From positions 62,001 to 126,000 of the forward strand of contig JABWCP010000007.1 in assembly GCA_013360215.1 (NCBI GenBank): a stretch of DNA of 64,000 bases, written 5' to 3'. The notes beneath the pieces are model-generated. The model searched no databases, had not been told where the DNA came from, and worked only from the letters and a program-made list of their open reading frames with translations. The DNA is from a bacterium (lineage in GTDB: Bacteria > CLD3 > SB21). Position 1 is the stretch's first letter, and every line of letters starts with the position of its first letter. The position numbers and the translations under genes were made by a program. Below, one piece after another: positions 50,878 through 59,972 of the stretch.

Positions 50878-51071
50878 ATAGGTGTAAACTCCATAAAATC
50901 ATTGTCAAATAGCAGGACTGATATAAGGTACAGTATTTGTTTACGGTGCGTTAGGATGGGAATCAAATGATCGGGTGATATTTATCAGGTGCGGAAATGA
51001 GAAATGCTAAAAAGTAGGAACTTAGTTGAAAATAGGAGCGAAATACACCATCGGAAGTATAAAAAAGTCGC

Positions 51072-52481
51072 TTATGACGATGCTGCGGGCAATAAAATCG
51101 AAATTGTAGTTCCGTGGCCTTGTTTGCTCTCCAGCTCGATTTTTCCGTCATGCAGTTCGACGATCATGCGTACGATGGCAAGCCCAAGCCCGGTCCCGCC
51201 GCTTTCCCGTGCACGGTCTTTATTGACGCGATAGAACCGTTCAAAAATTTTCGGTACATCTTCAGAGGGAATGCCCATGCCGTGATCCTGTACGGTGATT
51301 TTTGCATATGAATTCGTTGAAAGCGTAACACCCCGGGTTTCGATTTCGATCACGGAATCCGGTGGCGAATATTTGGAGGCATTGGTGATAATATTGAGAA
51401 ATAACTGGCTCAGCAGATTTTTATCACCTTGGACATACAAGGGCGGGCATGGGCTCAATTTTATCGTCTGATGCCGCAAAGAAGCGATGGCTTCCCAGTC
51501 TTTAGAAAATTCACTGATGATGTCACCGACAAACCAGCGTTGTTTTTCGGTTACGATCTGACGTGCATCACCGCGCGCCAGCAGTAACAAACCGTCCACG
51601 ATCTGAATGACGGATAACACTTCTTCCAAAAGATCAGACAGTACTTCGACGTAGGCTTCGGGTGTTCGTTCACGGGAGAGCGCCACTTCGATATTACCGC
51701 GCAAAATAGTCAGCGGTGTTCGCAATTCGTGAGAGACATTGGACGAAAATTCGTTGATCTGATTAAAAGAGCGATGAAGACGATCCAATAGTTGATTGAG
51801 CGTCGTAACGAGGTTTTGTATTTCTTCGTCGGGGCTTTCCAGGGTGATGCGTTGATCCAGATGTTCCAAATTGATGGTATCAGCCACACGGATGATTTCG
51901 ATCATCGGCTTAGTGATCCGCCGTACAAAAAAATACGCTACGATGGTGCCCAATAAAATGACCACCGCCATTGAAAAAATCATGGTGTTTTCGAAAACGT
52001 CAATATAGCGGTCGGCAATTCTGAAATTATGCGCGGCTAAAACATACGCGGCCGGGCGTCCTTTGCGGTGGATCGGATAAATCACACATACGTATTTTTC
52101 ATTTTCGACATCCAGTAAGACCGCATTCGCTTCCGGCGTGGGTTTGAATGGGTAATACGATTGAAACTCCACATCGGCTAGGTTTCGCGTTTTGCGTACC
52201 GTTTTAAATTGATTATCCGTGATAATGATATAGCGTGCGTACGGCGAGATTTTGATGTGTTCGAGTTCTTTCCATTCATCGGAATCTTCTACAGTGATCG
52301 AATCATCGGTAAAAGAAACAAACTCAGAGAACCGTTGTGATTCGGAAATAAGATCGGTTTCGATTTTTCCGGTGATAGCCGTACGATAGGCGATATAAAA
52401 AACCGTCGAAGTCGTAGCCACCAGAAAAGCACCGAAAGCAATAAAGCCGAGTATGAATTTCCATCGAAGCGATACGCGCAT
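51072..52481 (-). CDS. Sensor histidine kinase (HAMP, CusS/ArlS-like)
   Basis: Two TM helices, SHELRTPL, NASKY, DHGMG, GGTGLGL. Confidence 0.95.
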   Translation of the reverse strand: MRVSLRWKFILGFIAFGAFLVATTSTVFYIAYRTAITGKIETDLISESQRFSEFVSFTDDSITVEDSDEWKELEHIKISPYARYIIITDNQFKTVRKTRNLADVEFQSYYPFKPTPEANAVLLDVENEKYVCVIYPIHRKGRPAAYVLAAHNFRIADRYIDVFENTMIFSMAVVILLGTIVAYFFVRRITKPMIEIIRVADTINLEHLDQRITLESPDEEIQNLVTTLNQLLDRLHRSFNQINEFSSNVSHELRTPLTILRGNIEVALSRERTPEAYVEVLSDLLEEVLSVIQIVDGLLLLARGDARQIVTEKQRWFVGDIISEFSKDWEAIASLRHQTIKLSPCPPLYVQGDKNLLSQLFLNIITNASKYSPPDSVIEIETRGVTLSTNSYAKITVQDHGMGIPSEDVPKIFERFYRVNKDRARESGGTGLGLAIVRMIVELHDGKIELESKQGHGTTISILLPAASS

Positions 52482-53153
52482 CTAATCCGGCTCCTTGAGC
52501 ATATATCCGGCACCGCGAATGGTGTGAATCAAAGGCTTACGGGTTCCCGTATCAATTTTTTTGCGAAGATAGTTGATATAGACGTCCACGATATTGGTTC
52601 CCCGGTCAAAGTGGATATCCCATACGTGCTCGGTCAGTGAAGTGCGGGTCACAAGGCGATTTTTGTTACGCAGTAGATACTCAAGTATCGAAAATTCACG
52701 ATTGGATAATTCGATCCATTGTCCGCCGCGGGTAACGCGCCGTTCGGAAAGATTCATTTCCAGATCATCCACGGTAAAAAGATCCAGCGTACGCGATCCA
52801 CGGCGCATGAGCGCGCGTGTGCGTGCAAGAAGTTCGTTGAACGCAAACGGTTTGGTCAGGTAGTCATCGGCGCCGGCATCCAGTCCGGTGACACGATCGT
52901 TGACGGTTTCACGTGCTGTAAGCAGGAGTATGGGCAACGTGTAACCATTGGCGCGTAAGTCGCGGCAAACGGAAACGCCGTCTTTATTAGGTAACATCCA
53001 ATCCACGATCAGCAAATCGTAATTTTCGACTTCGGCCTGTGTCTGACCGGAGCGGCCGTCATATACGATATCCACGGCATTTCCGGCCTCGCTCAATCCG
53101 CGCTGAATGAAGGATGCCACTTTGCGGTCATCTTCGATCAATAAAATGCGCAT
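52482..53153 (-). CDS. OmpR-family response regulator (CusR-like)
   Basis: MRILLIEDD, DWMLP, GADDYLTKPF, NIVDVYINYLRKK, TIRGAGY. Confidence 0.96.
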   Translation of the reverse strand: MRILLIEDDRKVASFIQRGLSEAGNAVDIVYDGRSGQTQAEVENYDLLIVDWMLPNKDGVSVCRDLRANGYTLPILLLTARETVNDRVTGLDAGADDYLTKPFAFNELLARTRALMRRGSRTLDLFTVDDLEMNLSERRVTRGGQWIELSNREFSILEYLLRNKNRLVTRTSLTEHVWDIHFDRGTNIVDVYINYLRKKIDTGTRKPLIHTIRGAGYMLKEPD

Positions 53154-53345
53154 AACAATACCTTTTCGATTGGAAAAATTTACATCTAAAACAGACGTAA
53201 TGCAACGCATTGTGAATTAAAAAACATTAATGCGCATGCAAGGATGATATGCTTTGCGCCGCCTCCCCCTCGTAAAGTAGAACGTGTTGAAACGAAAAAA
53301 GGATTATACCGTCGTCCAATAGATTAAAAAACTTAGGGCTCATTC

Positions 53346-53382
53346 TTAAAACTATTTAATGCTTCATTAATCTGGTTTTAAT
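53346..53382. promoter_or_regulatory. Tandem TTAAT repeats at helical spacing, candidate OmpR-type binding site
   Basis: TTAAA at 53346; TTAAT at 53356, 53367 and 53378 (11-bp period) in the divergent promoter region. Confidence 0.45.
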
Positions 53383-53429
53383 GCGAGGTATGTACATTGG
53401 GATCAATCTTATCAAAGGAGAAGCGGCTT

Positions 53430-53909
53430 ATGAATCCGGCGCATATGCATCTTTTATTAAACCACATTCCGGTATTGGCTTTAGCGGCGGCGACAATCTT
53501 ATTGATCGCAGCGCGATGGCGATCGCAAATAGAATGGACACGATTGAGTATGTACTTTTTTGTAATCGCGGGTGCGGTATCCGTGCCGGTTTTTATGACC
53601 GGTGAGCCGGCGGAAAAAATCATTGAAAACATCGGCGGTATATCCATGATGCATTTGGAGTCTCACGAAGATTCAGCGGTAGCGAGTTTGATCGGGGCTT
53701 GTATTTTGGGGGTACTGGCCGTGATAGGGCTTTTTTTTATTGAACGGGTACACGCCCATCGCTTGATATGGGCGACCTTTTTGATCGTTGCATTGACGGC
53801 CAACGGTTTGATGGCATGGACAGCCAGTCTCGGTGGCAAAATTCATCATACGGAAATTCATAACGGCTACGCTCCGTCGCAAACACAAAAAAAGTATGAT
53901 GATGATTAA
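53430..53909 (+). CDS. His-rich 4-TM membrane protein (DUF2231-like, possible heme binding)
   Basis: AAGGAG RBS, HMHLLLNHIP, TGE.AE, HEDSA, GGKIHHTEIH. Confidence 0.7.
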   Translation: MNPAHMHLLLNHIPVLALAAATILLIAARWRSQIEWTRLSMYFFVIAGAVSVPVFMTGEPAEKIIENIGGISMMHLESHEDSAVASLIGACILGVLAVIGLFFIERVHAHRLIWATFLIVALTANGLMAWTASLGGKIHHTEIHNGYAPSQTQKKYDDD

Positions 53910-53934
53910 AATATTTTTTCAGGAGAACTAAATT

Positions 53935-54906
53935 ATGAAACGATGGATTGTTTACTTACTGCTCTGTGCTGGCTTTTATTTTTGGCCTGTGTACGGGCAA
54001 GAGAATAATGAAAAAGACGATGCCCGTCCTTCGGTTTCCGGTTACGCCCAGATCATATATTCTCAATACCTCAAAAATCAGGAACATGATCGCCAGAGCG
54101 GGTTTGATATAAATCGTGTGCGTTTTGCTTTTGAAGGAAGCGTCCTTCCTGATCGTGTACATTATGCCGTGGAGTTTGATCCGCAAGGGTCGCCGATCCT
54201 AGACGACACGTATCTTGATTTCATGATCTCTAAAAATTCAAAAGTCCGGCTAGGTCGGTATAAAATTCCTTTCGGCGCTGAGAACCCGACCGGTGAAGAC
54301 GAACTACATTTCATCGAAAAAAGTAAAGTGGTCGAATCTGTCTTTTCCGCACGCGAAGTAGGTATTGGTACATATTATGAGCAGAATTGGATTGTCGGTG
54401 ATGTCGGATATTTTCAAAAATCGGAAGACGAGCATATCGAACGCGACGTCATCGGGCGAATCGGTTTTAAACCATTCGGAAAATATATTGAAACCGGCGG
54501 TTCGGGGTATTACGAAAAAATTCATACCGATTCGACCAATTTTGCCATTCATCGCATCGGCGCCGATCTGACGTGTGAAGTCGGACCGATCAAAATACAG
54601 GGCGAATACATACGCTCCAAAGGTACGATGGAAGACAAACACCTTTCCGGATACGGGTATTATGGATACGGGCAATACACCCACCATATCGGTGATACCC
54701 AAATTTCGTGGGGCGTGCGGTATGAATTTTATCAACCGGATAAAAACAACAAATCCGATCAGGAAAGAAAGTATGTCGTAGGTTCTACGATCGCATTCCA
54801 TCCGAGAATGCGGGCACAGGTCAATTTCCAACATATCCGTGAGAATATTGAAACCAATAATCAGGGACAAAATAAACTGATTGTCCAATACCAATTTAGT
54901 TTCTGA
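53935..54906 (+). CDS. Outer-membrane porin (OprO/OprP-like)
   Basis: Signal peptide, FDINRVR, LGRYKIPFG.E, alternating beta-strands, C-terminal QFSF. Confidence 0.8.
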   Translation: MKRWIVYLLLCAGFYFWPVYGQENNEKDDARPSVSGYAQIIYSQYLKNQEHDRQSGFDINRVRFAFEGSVLPDRVHYAVEFDPQGSPILDDTYLDFMISKNSKVRLGRYKIPFGAENPTGEDELHFIEKSKVVESVFSAREVGIGTYYEQNWIVGDVGYFQKSEDEHIERDVIGRIGFKPFGKYIETGGSGYYEKIHTDSTNFAIHRIGADLTCEVGPIKIQGEYIRSKGTMEDKHLSGYGYYGYGQYTHHIGDTQISWGVRYEFYQPDKNNKSDQERKYVVGSTIAFHPRMRAQVNFQHIRENIETNNQGQNKLIVQYQFSF

Positions 54907-54920
54907 TCAGAGGGCATTGC

Positions 54921-56012
54921 ATGTTTAAAAAGTACGGCGTACTCACAGCGGCTTGTATTTTCGGTATAGGCACGTTCTCAGTTTATCTTTTCGGAGAATG
55001 GCATGAAATACAAGATGAAGGTCTGCGTTGGTTTTTAGAATTGCCGCACATGACCTTATCTTTTTTTCTGATCATCATGCTTCCTTTAGCGGTCCATCAG
55101 ATGGCTATTCTGATTGAGCGTAAGAATGAGACGCGGATGTTGTGGACACGATTTATGGTGGTCGTCGTGCTGCCGTATATCGTCGTGGCGACCTATCTGG
55201 CCGCCGAATGGGATGAGATCGAGGAGGAGTGGTTGCCGTGGTTGATCAAACCGTCTCATTTTCTGATTGTACTGATCAATGGGATTATGATTCCGGGCAT
55301 TCTGTGGCTGATCATCAATAAATTCATACAGCTTTGGGATGAACGCGAGCGTTTCTTAAAACGCATTGTCGAGTTAGAAAATGAGTTGCGTTCATTTGTA
55401 CATCCCGAGGTGTACAAGCGTATTTATGAAAAAACTTCGCTGGAAGCTACCGGCGCATTTAAAATTATCATGGCGGACATGCAGGGATTCACAAAGTTTT
55501 GTGAAGCTCATTCGGCTGCAGAGGTTGCCAATCTGGCTAATGAATTCTGTAACTTGATGGACGAACGTATTCGGCAAGTCGGAGGAATCACATTATCCTA
55601 TGCCGGTGATTTGGTGTTTGCGCTTTTTGATGAACACATTGCAAGTGACGATATCGTAGGGGTGGCTAAAAAAATGCAGGAAACGTTTCGCGCGTTTGCA
55701 CAAGCCAAATTTCCGGATTGGGATACGAACCTCAATATCGGCATTCATTATAGCCGGGATATCGTACTAGGAACAATAGGCGGCGGAAGTGCACAGAAAC
55801 ATTTTACGGCCAATGGATTTGGCATCTGCGAAGTGTCGCGTATGTGTTCAGAAGCCGATCATGGGCAGATTCTCGTTTCGGAAGCATTTGCAGAAACCGT
55901 CACGAGTGACCCAATACGATCACGTCTCATAGGAATTGCATGGAGTAAACAGCCCAAAAATATTACAGTGCCTCCGGTTATGTTTGAATACCGTTTAGTT
56001 GAAATGAAATAA
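54921..56012 (+). CDS. Membrane-bound class III nucleotide cyclase, atypical
   Basis: Four TM helices; MADMQGFT, YAGD..FALF, NIGIH, SRMCS, GQILVSE. Confidence 0.8.
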   Translation: MFKKYGVLTAACIFGIGTFSVYLFGEWHEIQDEGLRWFLELPHMTLSFFLIIMLPLAVHQMAILIERKNETRMLWTRFMVVVVLPYIVVATYLAAEWDEIEEEWLPWLIKPSHFLIVLINGIMIPGILWLIINKFIQLWDERERFLKRIVELENELRSFVHPEVYKRIYEKTSLEATGAFKIIMADMQGFTKFCEAHSAAEVANLANEFCNLMDERIRQVGGITLSYAGDLVFALFDEHIASDDIVGVAKKMQETFRAFAQAKFPDWDTNLNIGIHYSRDIVLGTIGGGSAQKHFTANGFGICEVSRMCSEADHGQILVSEAFAETVTSDPIRSRLIGIAWSKQPKNITVPPVMFEYRLVEMK

Positions 56013-56054
56013 CTTAAACGGTAAAGGTGGGACTTAAAATTTTTTAATACCTGA

Positions 56055-56561
56055 TTACGCCGATACCGGAGACTCCTGCATAATGCGCTCGATATCCTGG
56101 CACACGCGTGTGATGAGGTCGCCGATTTTTTCGCGAACATTGGGTGTGAGCTCTTCGCCAAATTCAAAATTGGCGCCCTCTATGCCGTAAATAATGACTT
56201 CCGGAACGGGATGGTGTAATGCTTTGGCCAATTCGATAGCCTCGGAAATACTATAGGCATGCGAAGAGTAATTGAAAAAATTACCGGGTATAATATCGGC
56301 ATTAGCCCGAAGCCTGTAGATGGTCCCCGGTATGTTATCCGAACACACTGTATCTATGATGATAACCCATCGTGCATCGGACCATACATCTTGCAGCGAC
56401 GAGCCGTCGCCGTTATGTTCGATGACGCACACATCCGGTAAACACATGTCCGCTATGGCGCGCGCCACTTCGATACCGGCGCGATCATCCCGCCGGTATT
56501 CATTGCCGATGCCGATCACGACGACCGATGCCGGCGTTGTGATAACATTATATTCTTTCAT
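56055..56561 (-). CDS. Hydrogenase maturation protease (HyaD/HybD/HoxW family)
   Basis: VIGIGNEYRRDD.AG, IIIDT, SSH, YGIEG. Confidence 0.9.
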   Translation of the reverse strand: MKEYNVITTPASVVVIGIGNEYRRDDRAGIEVARAIADMCLPDVCVIEHNGDGSSLQDVWSDARWVIIIDTVCSDNIPGTIYRLRANADIIPGNFFNYSSHAYSISEAIELAKALHHPVPEVIIYGIEGANFEFGEELTPNVREKIGDLITRVCQDIERIMQESPVSA

Positions 56562-56601
56562 AAGCCGTTCCTTTAATGGTGAATAAAACGAACGGTGCAT
56601 T

Positions 56602-57060
56602 TTATACGTGTTCGATCATGTCCAAAATCTGGAGCCGTGTGGATTCCAGGCGCTGGGTCACGATATGCGAAAACCGTTTGAGCAATTGGTATCCGAGTTC
56701 ATGATCGGATTCGCATTTGTTGCGCAGGCATCGTCCATCCAGTGCTATAGCTAATGTCAAATCCAAAGCCCGCGCATCAAATTGCCAATGGTACGGCGGG
56801 ATGAGCCATGACCATCCGAGGATATCGCCTTCGGTCAACGTATGTATGCCGATGTGACCGCGACCGGGCGATCCGATTTCTAATGCAATCTTGCCTTGGC
56901 GGATCAGATAAAATTCGTTAGCCTCCTGCCCTTCGCGAAAAATAATTTGTCCCGTATCAAACCGCACATTGGATGCACAACCGATGATCAATTCAACGTG
57001 CTCGGCTGACATATCAATCAGTAACGGGTGCTGCATCAGAAAAAACTTCAAATCTTTCAT
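56602..57060 (-). CDS. Stand-alone cyclic-nucleotide-binding domain protein
   Basis: IFREGQEANEFYLIRQG, GDILGWSWL. No HTH. Confidence 0.88.
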   Translation of the reverse strand: MKDLKFFLMQHPLLIDMSAEHVELIIGCASNVRFDTGQIIFREGQEANEFYLIRQGKIALEIGSPGRGHIGIHTLTEGDILGWSWLIPPYHWQFDARALDLTLAIALDGRCLRNKCESDHELGYQLLKRFSHIVTQRLESTRLQILDMIEHV

Positions 57061-57376
57061 AGTGGTTTTCCGTCTTAAAAATAAGCGCCGGCATAACAGA
57101 CACACCCGGACATCAAACGATACAGCCGTAAGCTGTATGTAAACGAATCGTACACGTACTCGGGTCCTGGATATCGGGGGAAGGCGGGAACGTTATGCCG
57201 GCAAAAGTTTTCATACACCGGACTCCTATAGTCCTGTAACTTAAGATAAGGCTAATGACTCGACTGCGCGACGACGTAGGTCATCACGATGTGTGATATG
57301 CGTCAGCGGTTTAAGTTAAATGGCCCTAAGTTGTTGAGATTTATAGAAGTTCAAAGTATGAGGGGGGAGGGGATGC

Positions 57377-57727
57377 TCAAGGCTGAATTTTTATACGTTC
57401 TTTTTTAGGGAGTTTTTTGACGACTTCGTCGTAGGAATGATCAATCATTAGAAAAATTTCTTTATCCGGCACGGATCCGTCCAAATACACGCTATTCCAC
57501 AATTTTTTATTCATGTGGTATCCCGGTTGAACGCCTTCGTAACGCTCGCGCCATTCGATGGCTTTTTCAGGATCGGCTTTGAGATTGATAAATTCGGCAA
57601 TATGGGTATTGATGAGAGCGAAAATTTTTCCACTGACCCGGAATACCAATGTTTCGTGATCAAACGGAAAATCCTCATCGGTTGATTTTTTCTTAAGACA
57701 ATATGTGCGGATCGTTTCGAGATTCAT
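57377..57727 (-). CDS. MmcQ/YjbR family protein
   Basis: FRVSGKIFA, NLKADP, PGYHMNKKLWNSV, IDHSY. Confidence 0.93.
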   Translation of the reverse strand: MNLETIRTYCLKKKSTDEDFPFDHETLVFRVSGKIFALINTHIAEFINLKADPEKAIEWRERYEGVQPGYHMNKKLWNSVYLDGSVPDKEIFLMIDHSYDEVVKKLPKKERIKIQP

Positions 57728-57762
57728 GATGCGTGAGTAATTTTAGTTTGAATTCACTTCGT

Positions 57763-57794
57763 AAAAAACAGAACCCCGCTTTTCAGCGGGGCTC
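57763..57794 (-). terminator. Intrinsic terminator of the candidate sRNA
   Basis: GAGCCCCGCT-GAAA-AGCGGGGTTC-TGTTTTTT. Confidence 0.85.
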
Positions 57795-57946
57795 AACGAT
57801 TTCCGGGAACCCCCGTAGCACGTCGCTAGCGGGCATCACCGGAGGTTCCCATTAAGTTATGCTTAATACGGATCACCTCCTATCCCCAGGGTTGAAACTT
57901 CTCGCCTGAAATCGCCCTGAACAATTTCACGCGAAGCGTTAATTAC
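57763..57946 (-). ncRNA. Candidate ~180-nt structured small RNA carrying AGGAGGTGATCC
   Basis: Bounded by a consensus promoter and an intrinsic terminator, several hairpins, no ATG ORF longer than 8 codons. Confidence 0.6.
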
Positions 57947-57952
57947 GTATTA

Positions 57953-57981
57953 AACTTACAAGCTATCCTTTCCATTGTCAA
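57953..57981 (-). promoter_or_regulatory. sigma70-type promoter of the candidate sRNA
   Basis: TTGACA (57981-57976), 17 nt, TAAGTT (57958-57953). Confidence 0.7.
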
Positions 57982-58051
57982 TACTCATTTTTGCAGATGA
58001 CGCTCCTGTTGAAGTATTGTTCTGAAAACATCAGTACATACGGCTTGCAAA

Positions 58052-58757
58052 AAAACAAGTTCTCGCTAAGACGCTAAGTTTTTAATTACAATCGAAACAT
58101 TTTTTATCTTTGCGGCTCTGCGAGAGGTTATTATTGATGGTAGCTTCAGTAGGTGCACGACACCTCGGTACGTCGCTTCGCTCCTACTCGGTGTCAGATA
58201 GCATGCGCCGAGTTGAGGGTTCTGTAAAGACAGAAAACATATTCTCGCTAAGACGCTAAGTTTTTAATTACAATCGAAACATTTTTTATCTTTGCGACTC
58301 TGCGAGAGAATTTTATTGATGCTATCTTCAGTAGGCGCACGACACTTCGGTACGTCGCTTCGCTCCTACTCGGTGTCAGATAGCATGCGTCTAGTTGAGG
58401 GTGCTATATATATAATAATATAGACAGAAAACATGTTCTCGCTAAGACGCTAAGCCTCGAAGTGCAATCGAAGCGTTTTTTATCTTTGCGACTCTGCGAG
58501 AGGTTATGATTGATGGTAGCTTCAGTAGGCGTACGGCACCTCGATACGTCGCTTCGCTCCTACTCGGTGTCAGATAGCATGCGCCGAGTTGAGGGTTCTG
58601 TAAAGACAGAAAACAAGTTCTCGCCAAGGTGCTAAGTTTTAAATTACGATCGAAACATTTTTTATCTTTGCGACTCCGCGAGAGGTTATTATTGATGGTA
58701 GCTTCAGTAGGCGCACGACACTTCGATACGTCGTTTTGTTCCTACTTGGTGTCAGAT
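58052..58757. repeat. Tandem array of four ~182-bp units, each with two palindromic modules
   Basis: TTCTCGC anchor at 58060, 58242, 58436 and 58618 (periods 182, 194, 182). Confidence 0.95.
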
Positions 58758-58815
58758 GGTTGTTGATGAAGAAATGATGGGAGAAGCGGTGTCCCGCGTG
58801 AGGGATGTGGAGGGT

Positions 58816-58929
58816 GAGCTCGCGTACAGGCGCGAGCGAAGACCCCGTAAACGCGCCAAAGGCGCGTGCGGAGGCCGATAGCCCGGAGCAAGCCCGACCC
58901 GTCACGCCGCGCGCGTGACGGGGCACGCC
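58816..58929. repeat. GC-rich structured intergenic element, copy B
   Basis: Homologous to 41661-41772, with compensated stems. Confidence 0.8.
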
Positions 58930-58953
58930 TAAAAAATGAATATCTATAATTTA

Positions 58954-59892
58954 TTATGCGCCGGCTTCGTCGCGTAAACCGAAACGCATCGGATGCGGCG
59001 GAAGATTGATGATTTCATCCGGATAAAACGATACGATATAATCAATCACGCCGCGTACGGACGTAAACGCAACCGGTTCGCCGTTTTCATTGACGATCGG
59101 GATATGGCGTACATCGTGCAGTGCAAGGATACGAATCGCCGCGCTAATAGGGTCGTGCATTTGCAGACACTGCGGTGCGACACGCATATAGTCATCCACT
59201 TTAGCGGTATCAAAATCCGGCGTCTCGTGTGCGATCTTGTACAATAAAAAACGCTCCGTCACGGTACCGATCAATTTTTTGTCACGCACAACCATGACGC
59301 AGCCGATATTGCGATCGGCCATCTGCCGCACCGCATCTTTGAGCAGGCCGCCGGACTCCACACACAAAGCCGCGGGCGGATCCAGGACACCGATCGGACG
59401 ATCAAAATCTTCGGGATCAATGCCTTGCTTTTCACGGGCTCGTTTTTTTTCGGATGAACGCGGTTTTTTTTCTTCGGTATCAAGCCGGACATGCATTTTG
59501 GCTAAAATGTGATCCAAGATGTCTTCGAACGTGAGAATGCCGCTCGGATCTCCGACCTGGCTGAGTACGGTGATATTGCGAAATCCGCCGAACGTCATTT
59601 CATTGAGCGCGTACTCCGCCGAATCGTCGGCATACAAACAATGCGTATCAGTGCTCATCAGGCGCGTAACCGGCGTATGTGAAAACTCCATATGCATCGC
59701 GATCAGATTGCGAAGAATGGTCCGCTCGGACAGCGTTCCTATCAATGCGCCTTTGTCACGCACCAAAATACATCCGCTTTTGGTTTGCTCCATCATCGCG
59801 ACCACATCGGCCACGGTCGCATCTTTTTCTACATAGAGCGGTTTGCGGGGATTGAGTGAATCCACACGGGCTTTGGTAATTCCTGCATTCAT
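58954..59892 (-). CDS. CBS-domain protein (two CBS pairs)
   Basis: Duplicated M...GC..V....LIGT..ER units, GFRNITV and DVRHIPIV. Confidence 0.88.
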   Translation of the reverse strand: MNAGITKARVDSLNPRKPLYVEKDATVADVVAMMEQTKSGCILVRDKGALIGTLSERTILRNLIAMHMEFSHTPVTRLMSTDTHCLYADDSAEYALNEMTFGGFRNITVLSQVGDPSGILTFEDILDHILAKMHVRLDTEEKKPRSSEKKRAREKQGIDPEDFDRPIGVLDPPAALCVESGGLLKDAVRQMADRNIGCVMVVRDKKLIGTVTERFLLYKIAHETPDFDTAKVDDYMRVAPQCLQMHDPISAAIRILALHDVRHIPIVNENGEPVAFTSVRGVIDYIVSFYPDEIINLPPHPMRFGLRDEAGA

Positions 59893-59972
59893 GGTAACCT
59901 CGCCGTTAAAATGTCCGTTGAACGGACCGTTGATCTATCGCTTTTCCAGTTCTCGCATCCATTCTTTTTCGA

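Noticed and set aside
57293-57308. CRP/FNR-like site TGTGA-N6-TCAGC
   Set aside because: The second half-site is poor, so it is not distinguishable from chance.
57870-57881. 16S rRNA gene fragment
   Set aside because: Only the 12-nt GGATCACCTCCT matches. The flanks are not rRNA-like, and the promoter and terminator point to the opposite strand.
57763-57946. 6S RNA call
   Set aside because: The size fits, but the pairings I can see give a multibranch fold with its own terminator rather than a long rod with a central bubble. It needs cmscan to exclude.
58052-58757. CRISPR array
   Set aside because: Units are ~182 bp and conserved along their whole length. There are no unique spacers and no cas genes.
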